Assembly: GCA_044070495.1 (NCBI GenBank)
Contig: JBIPSI010000003.1
Location: 1 to 64,000 of the forward strand
DNA length: 64,000 nucleotides
Source: Spirulina sp.
GTDB lineage: Bacteria; Cyanobacteriota; Cyanobacteriia; Phormidesmidales; Phormidesmidaceae
Direction: 5' to 3'
The position numbers were made by a program, and so were the translations under genes. A model generated the notes under the pieces. That model did no database searches. It worked only from the letters and a program-made list of their open reading frames with translations, and was not told the origin of the DNA. This document shows, in pieces, positions 43,485 to 51,767 of this stretch (the first letter of the stretch is position 1; every line of letters begins with the position of its first letter).

Positions 43485-43724
43485 TTACAAAGAGTCTGGA
43501 GAACTGATCACGGTATCTGGATGACCGAAAATTGAGTCGAGATAGATTTCATGAATGACGCGATCACAACTTCCCTCCTGCATGAGAAAAAGGGCGAGGG
43601 CGGCGCTGGCTACCTGGTTGTAGTCGCGCCGGGGATGACGCCTCACATAGCCTTCGACAGCGGTTAGCAAAACTTCGGGGATCACGATTTTGCTGGTTGC
43701 CATCGCATGATGTGGGGTGGGCAT
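43485..43724 (-). CDS. DUF2811-like protein
   Basis: IPE.L...HP..D.....AALALFLMQ.G..DR...YLDSIF pattern. Confidence 0.65.
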   Translation of the reverse strand: MPTPHHAMATSKIVIPEVLLTAVEGYVRRHPRRDYNQVASAALALFLMQEGSCDRVIHEIYLDSIFGHPDTVISSPDSL

Positions 43725-43736
43725 AGCCAGATCTCC

Positions 43737-45824
43737 TTAGTCGATAGAAGACGTTTCGGCTTCGACGGTCTGCTGCCCAGCAGGCAGGTCGAAAAGCGGT
43801 GCCACCCCAGCGGGATACATCACTACCCCCAGATGGCCGACAGCCTCAGCGAAACGATCACGGTCAGGGCCGAAATAAAGAATCTCTAGGCTGAAGGTGG
43901 CCCCAGCCAGGTTGGGAGCCGTCGGGTTGCTGAAGCGGACGTACTGAGTAATCCGGCAAACCGCATCAGCATGGCGAAGATAACGCTGGTGCCAGTGGGT
44001 ACGGTTGTCGGTTTTGTTGAGAACAAAGAAGTGGGTTGGCAGTCGCCCAGCCATCTTCTCGGCCATAAACTTGAGCGAGAATGCTTCGTTGAGCGAGTAT
44101 GGGCAGTTGTCCCAGCCCAGGGTTTCGCATTCATCCTCCAGTGGTTCGACGGCCCAGGAAACCTCGTCACCCAAGGCGCTATTCTCCTTGGTGAACCGAA
44201 CACGGGCTGGTAGCTCGGTATGGTCATTACTGGAAACATCTAGGTCAAACGCATCGCGCCCCCACCGCTTTAAGATTGGCTCCCAAATCCAGGGAGGCGT
44301 ATCGTTCTCGTCATGGTCGATGATGCTGCTAGAGGTGGCCGGAGAAGCCCCCTTGGTCAATCGGCTATGCATCCTAGCCTGGGGTGTTGGCTGGGGCGGC
44401 GATTGGGGCGGCGGGGGCGAGGTCAAATCGGCAACACCGTTGCCATTTTGAGGGCGGAACAGGTCTACTGTTGGCAGCGTTTCAAGGCCTCCATTTTCCC
44501 AATGCACTGAGGCCGTTCGGCTCTCCACATCCAACGCCAAAACAACGCCTTTCCGGGTCTCTTCGCCAATTTTGACGACGTAATCGCCGACCTCTAGTCG
44601 CTGCCATGTGCCGTCTAGGACACTGCCTTCTGGTGCGTCCTGATAGCCACCTTCAACCAGACGATCATCGTCTTCCTGGGAATCAGGGGATGGTTCAGGT
44701 TGGAGCTTCAGGCGTTCGTTGGTTAGGACGTAGGACTGCCCCCGGTAGGTGACTTGCTGACCGCAGTAGGTAAAGCGGTAGTCAGGATGCTGGGCATAGC
44801 TATAGGTGGGTTTGTCACCCCACGCTGCCAGCGATACGACCCCAATTGCCTCAAGGGGATGGTTAGGCGACGACCATCCTGCTACCGTCACCCACTGGCG
44901 ATCACCCCATTCAAACAAGCCCCGGATTTGGTTTTGATTTAGCTTGTCAGCGCTGTATAACCTGTTGGCCCGTGCCAGGAGTTTAGGCGAGACTATCGCT
45001 GTGATTTCGCTATAGCGAAACTCTGGCTTGTTCTCATCCATGTCCCCAGAGGGGGCTAGAACGCCCTCATCTGAGTTGGGTATAGAATCCCCCTCAGTTG
45101 TCAGTTCAGGCAGGTTAACGGCAACTTCCGTAGGCGGAGAATCAACATCTACCAATCTGGCGGTCTCCATGAGGACACCGCCCCCGGCTTCCAGCCTGAT
45201 GTAGTTAAAGCCAACGGCCTTGACAATACCTTCAACGACATCCCCGTCTTTACCCAACCCGCGAACGTGATCACCAGGTTGAAAGCGCTTGGCCACGACG
45301 GACTTGGAGTGCTGCTCTAGAATTTTTTCGCCTTCCCGCTCCCAAAGCTGGGCCAGTGCCTCGTAGGTTTTCACGGCCTTCGGGTAGCTGAACTGGAAGC
45401 TAACCGAATCTTCGTACAGTTCTACGCAGAGTCCTCCCCGGCGCTTGACGATTCGACCGACCTGGCTCCATAGGTCGATGATCTCCTCCTTCGATAACGC
45501 CTGCTCCCTTCTCGATTCAGACAGGTAGTTAAGGGCCGACCGCAACGAAACATCAGCCCCCTGCGCCGATATCCAGCCCTCCAGTGAACTCCAGTTTGCC
45601 GCCACAGCCATGTAAGCCGAGATGGTGCGGGGGGCAATGTCCGGCAGGTTCTCGGCACACCAACGGCCCCATTGCCCATGCTTCACACGGGACTTCTGCT
45701 CAATCAGAAGCTCACCGAGGCGGCAACTCTTTTGGAGTACCGTCATTCCTGCACTCTGAACCTCCTGGTGTAGAGACAGGATTGTCGCGACCTCCATTGC
45801 TTCAGCCTGGACTAGCGCAACCAT
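43737..45824 (-). CDS. DUF3102 domain fused to a phage Dam-type N6-adenine methyltransferase
   Basis: N-terminal GELLIE.K..VKHGQW..W...RT...YM; C-terminal DTPPW..FDLD..NCPYS; start after gaggtcac. Confidence 0.75.
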   Translation of the reverse strand: MVALVQAEAMEVATILSLHQEVQSAGMTVLQKSCRLGELLIEQKSRVKHGQWGRWCAENLPDIAPRTISAYMAVAANWSSLEGWISAQGADVSLRSALNYLSESRREQALSKEEIIDLWSQVGRIVKRRGGLCVELYEDSVSFQFSYPKAVKTYEALAQLWEREGEKILEQHSKSVVAKRFQPGDHVRGLGKDGDVVEGIVKAVGFNYIRLEAGGGVLMETARLVDVDSPPTEVAVNLPELTTEGDSIPNSDEGVLAPSGDMDENKPEFRYSEITAIVSPKLLARANRLYSADKLNQNQIRGLFEWGDRQWVTVAGWSSPNHPLEAIGVVSLAAWGDKPTYSYAQHPDYRFTYCGQQVTYRGQSYVLTNERLKLQPEPSPDSQEDDDRLVEGGYQDAPEGSVLDGTWQRLEVGDYVVKIGEETRKGVVLALDVESRTASVHWENGGLETLPTVDLFRPQNGNGVADLTSPPPPQSPPQPTPQARMHSRLTKGASPATSSSIIDHDENDTPPWIWEPILKRWGRDAFDLDVSSNDHTELPARVRFTKENSALGDEVSWAVEPLEDECETLGWDNCPYSLNEAFSLKFMAEKMAGRLPTHFFVLNKTDNRTHWHQRYLRHADAVCRITQYVRFSNPTAPNLAGATFSLEILYFGPDRDRFAEAVGHLGVVMYPAGVAPLFDLPAGQQTVEAETSSID

Positions 45825-45864
45825 GGCGTGACCTCGAAATACGTTACATTTATTATATCGTAAA

Positions 45865-46185
45865 TTAACTATTCGGGATAGCAATACGACCTGAGCGAAG
45901 GAGAGCTAGGAGAGCGACTAGGGCGGATCGGCTCATGCTTTGGCGAATGGCCAGGAATGGGTTGACGCTATCGGCGGCGATCTCAGAGATGACGGCGACT
46001 TCTTGGGGGCCATCGGTGGCGGTGATGGCTTGGACGATGAGAGCATGGAGTCGAGGGCGATCCAGGATGATCCACCGTTGTCCAGCGGGCCTGCCATCAG
46101 GACGATAGGCTCGCTGACGCTTGGCCAAGCCACACAGCACGATCTCAACCTCGATTGCGGCCAATAGGGAACTCAAATCAGTCAT
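45865..46185 (-). CDS. Hypothetical phage protein
   Basis: Start overlaps the upstream stop (MTDLSS). Confidence 0.55.
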   Translation of the reverse strand: MTDLSSLLAAIEVEIVLCGLAKRQRAYRPDGRPAGQRWIILDRPRLHALIVQAITATDGPQEVAVISEIAADSVNPFLAIRQSMSRSALVALLALLRSGRIAIPNS

Positions 46186-46657
46186 CGAACCACACCTCCT
46201 CGGCCACGCTACCCAGGACAGCCTCAACCGGATTACGACCACTGGACAGGCTGGCCGTGCAGATATCTCGCCAATTGTCTGGGGTTGGTTCATGGGCAAC
46301 CTCGTCCCAAGATGGCAACGGTTGGCCCATCAGACGTGCCGCTTTCAGACGCTTTCCGTACAGGATGAACTTAGCCATCTCTGGGCAAATCTCCGGCCCC
46401 TTGTCGGCCCCTGGAGGGAGCGCTACAAACTGCTCCTGTTGCTCCCGTAGTCGCCGTGCTTTGACCTCCCGGATGATGGCATCCGGCTTTGCAAACTCCT
46501 GTTCTGCGATCGCGTTGATGACTTCGACAAAGCCCTGGTCATCAATCAGCGGGGCAATACGTCCGTAGATCAACCCGCCCAAGTTTGGCCCTGGTCGCCA
46601 CAGCTTGACCTCAGACAGGAACGAAAAGAATTCATCGAACACGGAACGGCTAAGCAT
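46178..46657 (-). CDS. Hypothetical protein downstream of the replication initiator
   Basis: ggaggg RBS; overlaps the stop of the rep gene. Confidence 0.6.
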   Translation of the reverse strand: MLSRSVFDEFFSFLSEVKLWRPGPNLGGLIYGRIAPLIDDQGFVEVINAIAEQEFAKPDAIIREVKARRLREQQEQFVALPPGADKGPEICPEMAKFILYGKRLKAARLMGQPLPSWDEVAHEPTPDNWRDICTASLSSGRNPVEAVLGSVAEEVWFDD

Positions 46658-47852
46658 GGCTCCCTCCTGCCGCCGCTCGTTTGGCCACCCACTCACGCAT
46701 CATCTTTTCGCCTAGCGACTCCGTTGCTGCTGTCCGGGCCTGGGCAATTTGTTGCTCATCTAAACCACTGGCCACCACTGCCGCTGGGTTCAGCCCAGTC
46801 GCCCTCGCCGCTTCGGCCCATGCCGCAATGTTCTGGTCGATCTTCGCTGGCCGAATAGCGGTCAAGAAGTTCCCGTTGATGCTGCGCCACCAGTCCATTT
46901 TCGGAGACACCCTCACCCACTGAAGTGCTAGGGCATGGTTCTCTAGTGCGGTGGCCTCATCACCGTCATAAAACTCGATGACCCGCTGTACGGCCCGGAT
47001 GCCCTCTGGGCTGATGGAGCGGCACCCGGCCCAGCCGTCCGGCTTGTGTTGGTTGTGGCTAGACACCCAGGCCACAACGTCTACCGGGATGGATGATTTT
47101 TTCGATCCGCGCCGCCCGCCGCCGGAACTTTTGGTCCTCGCTAGAGAACTCCTGGGTAGCGGCTGCTCCTGCTCTGACTCAACAACGGAGCGGGGAACTG
47201 GTGTGGCGGGTTCGGGTTCCGATTCCAAATTTTCTGTTTGCCCCGCCACCGTCATTTTTCCCCCTTGGGGGGTAGGGGGGTTTTTTTGAGTCTCTGAAGT
47301 AGTCTCTGTTATTGCTGGGTCGTTCCCGACTGCTCGTGGGTCGTTTTCGACCGACCATCGGACAAATTTGACCCATGGGAAGTCAAACCTGTCTTCTCCA
47401 TCGGACGAATTTGACCCATGGGCCTTTGCTTTTGCCCTCGCTGCCAGGTAAGCGATCAGGGGTTCAGGGTGGAATAGATAGTAGGTCGTTCGGTCGAATC
47501 GATAGCGAGGGTTCGGGTTCTCATGCTTTGAGACGATGCCATGCTCGACCAGCCGTGTGATCGCCTTCTTGATCGTGGTTTTACCGCCAAGTCCCATCAG
47601 TGCATCGGCGATGTCATCCAGCGTGTGGTACTGGAGCAGAGATTCGTCCTGACTAGGGTCGTCACCGTGGTTTGTAGCCACCTTATTCAGATGTCTAGAA
47701 CGCTTCTTTTCCCTAAGTCGAATACCGTGCCAATACTCGAAATAACTTAATAGTGCAGCAGCAACTTCACACCCAAAAATCTCGTACTGCCACCGCCGAT
47801 AAAAAACAACATCCTCATTCTCTGGATGAGGTAGCACCCAACAATCTTTCAT
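46650..47852 (-). CDS. Putative phage replication initiator (replisome organizer-like)
   Basis: N-terminal wHTH (AAALLSYF...TIKKAITRL...DRTTYY), internal iterons, ETTSETQKNPPTP linker. Confidence 0.7.
   Translation of the reverse strand: MKDCWVLPHPENEDVVFYRRWQYEIFGCEVAAALLSYFEYWHGIRLREKKRSRHLNKVATNHGDDPSQDESLLQYHTLDDIADALMGLGGKTTIKKAITRLVEHGIVSKHENPNPRYRFDRTTYYLFHPEPLIAYLAARAKAKAHGSNSSDGEDRFDFPWVKFVRWSVENDPRAVGNDPAITETTSETQKNPPTPQGGKMTVAGQTENLESEPEPATPVPRSVVESEQEQPLPRSSLARTKSSGGGRRGSKKSSIPVDVVAWVSSHNQHKPDGWAGCRSISPEGIRAVQRVIEFYDGDEATALENHALALQWVRVSPKMDWWRSINGNFLTAIRPAKIDQNIAAWAEAARATGLNPAAVVASGLDEQQIAQARTAATESLGEKMMREWVAKRAAAGGSHA
47318..47422. repeat. Iteron-like direct repeats inside the rep gene (putative origin)
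   Basis: ccatcggac(a/g)aatttgacccatggg at 47355 and 47398; gggtcgttYYcgac twice. Confidence 0.7.
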
Positions 47853-48207
47853 GCTAGAATAGTTCCATTACTTCACGGACTTAATTGCTCCTGACTGCTG
47901 GTAACTCTGCTTATCCAACCGCTTCGTTACCTGGCAGAATCAATCCCTGCATTGCGCCCGCCTTGCAGGGATTTTTATATGCTACATCTAAATCGTATCC
48001 CTTATACGGGATGCCATAGACGAAGTAAAGCCAAGGATAAGGGTCAAGGCCCATAGCCCTGCTGCTACGGGGAGAATACCGATATTGATGCTTCTCCCAT
48101 AGGTTCTAGCCACAATTTCATTGGTAGGAAATTTGATGGGTTTCAACATGATCACAGCTTCTTCTTCTAAGGGGCAATTCAATTTGACGAATGGGCTTTG
48201 AATTCAG

Positions 48208-49476
48208 TTAAACCACCTCAACTGTTACCGTCTTAGTCTGCATAGCCTCTGCTTGTTTCTTATTAATCAGCTTCAGGATTTCGGAGCCAGCTATCGGGGG
48301 CAGTTCTCCAGACTCGATATGATTGCCGACAGATTTAATGAAAGACTCGGCCTCTTCGAGTTGGGACTTACTCAACTCAATTACCAAATCTTTCCAAAGC
48401 GGATTGTCTCGCCACGCTGGATCAATATCAACATCGACGGTGGCTGGAGTCGGAGGCTTTGGGGCTAACCTTTCGTAAGCCCGGTCAACCAACACCGCAA
48501 TGCTGCCCCTAGCCTCTGGGGGCAGATGGCCAGAACTAACGTAGCGAAGCGCCTTGTCTCGGTAACGGGCAATGTCACGCACTTCGCTCAGGTTGGCAAA
48601 TGCCGACCTAATCTTGCCCCATAGGTCGGACTGCATGAAGTCTTCGGAGACGGGCTTGAGTTCAAGGGGCGGAGGCGGTTCAGGATCAGGCATCATCGCT
48701 GGGGGTAAGGCAACGCTGGCTCCTGCCAGTAACGGCTGCTCCGCCAGAGTCATCGCGTAGCGGTCGCCTGCGGCAATTTGTCTGGAGGCCCAGTCGGGAC
48801 TTACCTCGATTGATAACATCCACTTTTCACGACGGGCTCGACCACCGCCAGCGGTCGGTGTGCTAATCTTTTCCGGCCTGCGGGTTAGTAACAGTGGGAT
48901 ACCGTTAAGCTGCCCAAAGGTCATCTCAATCGCAGTGAGCTGCTGGGTCAGATTAACCAAGTCATTGATCGAGTGCGTCTCGACTGTCACGTAGGCGAAA
49001 CGCCCTAGCTCTGGAATGATCAGATTGAGTCGCCCTACCTCCTTACAGCCGCAGCTATTCTCCTCCTTTGCCTCATCCCGCTGGCAGGGTACTCGTCCTG
49101 GAAAGCATTTGATGAACTTGCCCTTCACCCGCACTCCCTGCATAAACTCACGATCACAGCGGACTTCAATGCCCCCGGCACCGTATCTCTCCATGGCGGT
49201 GCTCCAGTTCTCGTCGATAGTGGGATAGGGGAGTCGCACATTGATCGCCCTGGGAGTGTCCCCGTAAGCGGCCCTGAATGCCTCAGCAGCATAGGTATCA
49301 CGGCTGTCAAAGCGAAAATGGTCTAGATCATCGCCGTATCCCATCACCGGGTTACCATGCTTGTCCAATCGGGGAGAGCCATCTTTATTACGCATGGGCT
49401 TCCTAGGGCCACCCTTCCTCAACTTACCAATCCGAGGAAAGACCCCTCTCTGATCTGTCAGTCCTTTAATTGCCAT
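48208..49476 (-). CDS. Recombination directionality factor-like (Gp3-like) phage protein
   Basis: IGKLRKG, CD, C...CGC...GRLNLIIPEL, T.SIN motifs. Confidence 0.65.
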   Translation of the reverse strand: MAIKGLTDQRGVFPRIGKLRKGGPRKPMRNKDGSPRLDKHGNPVMGYGDDLDHFRFDSRDTYAAEAFRAAYGDTPRAINVRLPYPTIDENWSTAMERYGAGGIEVRCDREFMQGVRVKGKFIKCFPGRVPCQRDEAKEENSCGCKEVGRLNLIIPELGRFAYVTVETHSINDLVNLTQQLTAIEMTFGQLNGIPLLLTRRPEKISTPTAGGGRARREKWMLSIEVSPDWASRQIAAGDRYAMTLAEQPLLAGASVALPPAMMPDPEPPPPLELKPVSEDFMQSDLWGKIRSAFANLSEVRDIARYRDKALRYVSSGHLPPEARGSIAVLVDRAYERLAPKPPTPATVDVDIDPAWRDNPLWKDLVIELSKSQLEEAESFIKSVGNHIESGELPPIAGSEILKLINKKQAEAMQTKTVTVEVV

Positions 49477-49492
49477 GACCTCTTCCTCTGTG

Positions 49493-49705
49493 TTACTTGC
49501 CAGTGCTTGCTTTCCACTGGCTGACCCAATGACGGACAGTGTTCTCCTGCAAATTAAGATCAGGAAACTCAGCCCGCACTTGTCTGGTTAATCCCGCAAT
49601 ATTGACGGCGGCTATGCCATCAAACGAAAGGTCACTCAACTCTGAAAGCATCTGCTGGCAGCGCTCTCTGGGGTGACGATGCCGCCTTGCCGTATTGTCA
49701 GCCAC
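49493..49705 (-). CDS. Cro-like small HTH protein
   Basis: Divergent from the repressor; ENTVRHWVSQW helix. Confidence 0.5.
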   Translation of the reverse strand: MADNTARRHRHPRERCQQMLSELSDLSFDGIAAVNIAGLTRQVRAEFPDLNLQENTVRHWVSQWKASTGK

Positions 49706-49822
49706 TACGTTTCAACTACTTTTTAGAATCCTACAAACTATTCTAGCTTAGTATCCCTTGTACGGGATAGTCATTCCGATTGAGGGACTATGATTAAGGT
49801 GATAGATTTAGGTGTTGCTTAA

Positions 49823-50581
49823 ATGACTCGACCTGTGGCAGCCAGTCCCGAATACTGTGAACGATTAAAGAGCTGGGTTACAGCCGAAGCGGCTAAATTC
49901 GCTGACAGCCCCAATGACAAGGGTGTCAATCGTTGGTCAGCGGAGACGTATAAAATCTTGGCCCAGTTTGGCCAACGCGGCATCTCAACAACCATGGTTA
50001 GTCGGTGGATCAACGGTGACATTACGGATGAGTTGAGGGCTCCCACGCTCACGAAGTTGGGACTGCTTAAGGGGTATTCGACCGATCCAGAAGAAGCCAA
50101 ACGGATGGCCTACCTATGGTTAACCACGGGCCAAGAGTCTAAGGCCTCACCCGTCAAAATGCTGCCCGTCGCAATTCCTGATACCTCTGGATCATCTGAG
50201 GCTCTCGATCAAATTTTGACCCTGCTTTATCGTGAGCCGCTATCACCCCAACAGATGAGACAGGTCATAGAAGCTGTGTTGGATCGTCTGGTTACGCTAG
50301 CTAATGCGGCCCCTGTCATTGAACCCGAACCCGAACCCGAACCTGCTCCCCTAGCCCATGAGGCGATCTCTCACTTACTTAATGGTTGGCTGAAGGCGAC
50401 AGGGGCCAGCCTGAAAGAATTAGCTGAAAAGCTTTCAATTACAGAAGAACGGGCCAAGCAAATCCTGGCCCGTTCTCAGCTAACACCGGATGAATGCGAA
50501 TCGTTAGCAAGCCTTTTGAACTTGAATGTTGAGACGATCAAGGCTTGGGGCGTTGTTCTGAGTGTCGCTCCCCAGGTTTGA
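49823..50581 (+). CDS. Putative prophage repressor with two XRE-like HTH regions
   Basis: GISTTMVSRWING and SLKELAEKLSIT helices; divergent from the early operon. Confidence 0.65.
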   Translation: MTRPVAASPEYCERLKSWVTAEAAKFADSPNDKGVNRWSAETYKILAQFGQRGISTTMVSRWINGDITDELRAPTLTKLGLLKGYSTDPEEAKRMAYLWLTTGQESKASPVKMLPVAIPDTSGSSEALDQILTLLYREPLSPQQMRQVIEAVLDRLVTLANAAPVIEPEPEPEPAPLAHEAISHLLNGWLKATGASLKELAEKLSITEERAKQILARSQLTPDECESLASLLNLNVETIKAWGVVLSVAPQV

Positions 50582-50836
50582 CCGAATCGTGACCTGGAGC
50601 ATCGACATCCCAGGGCAGCAATTCAGGCGCTCTTGCTGGCACAGCAGAACGGCTGCAAAATCATCGTTGGCGAACTGGATGAAGATCTCGTTGAATCGGT
50701 ATGAGACCTGTCCATACTGCTCTAGATAGTCTTGGATATCGGCAGGTTGGTGTTGAATCCATCGATGGACAACCTGTTCATTGAATTCGTTGATATTCAC
50801 GGCACTACGCAATAACACCTGAATCGGGCTTAACAT
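50504..50836 (-). CDS. Hypothetical protein
   Basis: Last ORF of the minus-strand block; overlaps the repressor 3' end. Confidence 0.45.
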   Translation of the reverse strand: MLSPIQVLLRSAVNINEFNEQVVHRWIQHQPADIQDYLEQYGQVSYRFNEIFIQFANDDFAAVLLCQQERLNCCPGMSMLQVTIRSNLGSDTQNNAPSLDRLNIQVQKAC

Positions 50837-50857
50837 CCCAGTCTAACCTGACACGCA

Positions 50858-51277
50858 TTACTTTCCTTTACTCTTTTGGGCCGTAGCCTTGATAGCGTCT
50901 TGTTGCTCTGGCTGTAGCAGACTCCAGACCTCTAGCAGGAGGGGATTTGCTTGCTCCATGGCCTCCGCAAGTTGCTGAAGCATGGACTCGCTGCTAAAGA
51001 CCAGCTTTAGCTGAGGCCGATGCACCCCTAGTACCTTGCCTAGGGCATCGCGCACCTTGCTGTAACGACGTTGGCGATCACCTCCATGGGTAGCCTCGTA
51101 GCGGTTGCGGTATTCGCGGAGGCGTTCCGTCCCGATTACCTCCGCGTTGTACTGAGTGTTGTACCCTTTGTGCAAACGATACCCTCGCTCACACATACCT
51201 TTGGCGTAATGCGGACGATTGCAGCCTTCGGGAGGACAGTAGGGGCATTCAGGCATCGTTCTGGTCAGGTTGCTCAA
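50858..51277 (-). CDS. Cys-rich putative zinc-finger protein
   Basis: C..EGC.R.HYAKGMC motif. Confidence 0.6.
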   Translation of the reverse strand: MSNLTRTMPECPYCPPEGCNRPHYAKGMCERGYRLHKGYNTQYNAEVIGTERLREYRNRYEATHGGDRQRRYSKVRDALGKVLGVHRPQLKLVFSSESMLQQLAEAMEQANPLLLEVWSLLQPEQQDAIKATAQKSKGK

Positions 51278-51674
51278 GTGCTTGGATAAGTTGTTGCCGT
51301 TCGGCTGGCAGGTGTGGCCACAGCGCCTTCTTTTGCGCCGATGTTAGGTATGGCCAGAGTTCTTCTACGCCTTCCTTGCTAGCCATTAACCTTAAAGACT
51401 CTGGATTGGTGAAGGCATCGGCAACCCGGCTACACCCAGAAAACCGCCGGATTAGGAGCCGCTTCGCTGCGGCTCGGTGCCGACGTTCGGCCCCCGCATC
51501 GGATTGTTCGTACTTGGTAATCGCCGCTTTGCGATCTCCACCAGGGCCGTAGCCTTTCGCAGCTCGCCAGTGGGTAAAGCACAGCCCCTTGGCATAGTGC
51601 TTGCGATCACAGCCCTCGACTGAGCAGCCTGGATCGGGTTCCCCTGCTTTTCGCCTACCCATTTTGCAATTCAT
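51249..51674 (-). CDS. Cys-rich putative zinc-finger protein (paralog)
   Basis: CSVEGCDRKHYAKGLCFTH motif. Confidence 0.65.
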   Translation of the reverse strand: MNCKMGRRKAGEPDPGCSVEGCDRKHYAKGLCFTHWRAAKGYGPGGDRKAAITKYEQSDAGAERRHRAAAKRLLIRRFSGCSRVADAFTNPESLRLMASKEGVEELWPYLTSAQKKALWPHLPAERQQLIQALEQPDQNDA

Positions 51675-51767
51675 CGGAGCCACTCCTGGATGCTATCATT
51701 AAGGCGAACTGAAATGGCCGACCAATGTTGCCCCTGTGACCTCGGACAACGCTTGGTCGGCTTTTTA

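Noticed and set aside
47988..48182. Small hydrophobic ORF as a type I toxin
   Set aside because: No clear RBS or antitoxin evidence, and it overlaps a putative operator.
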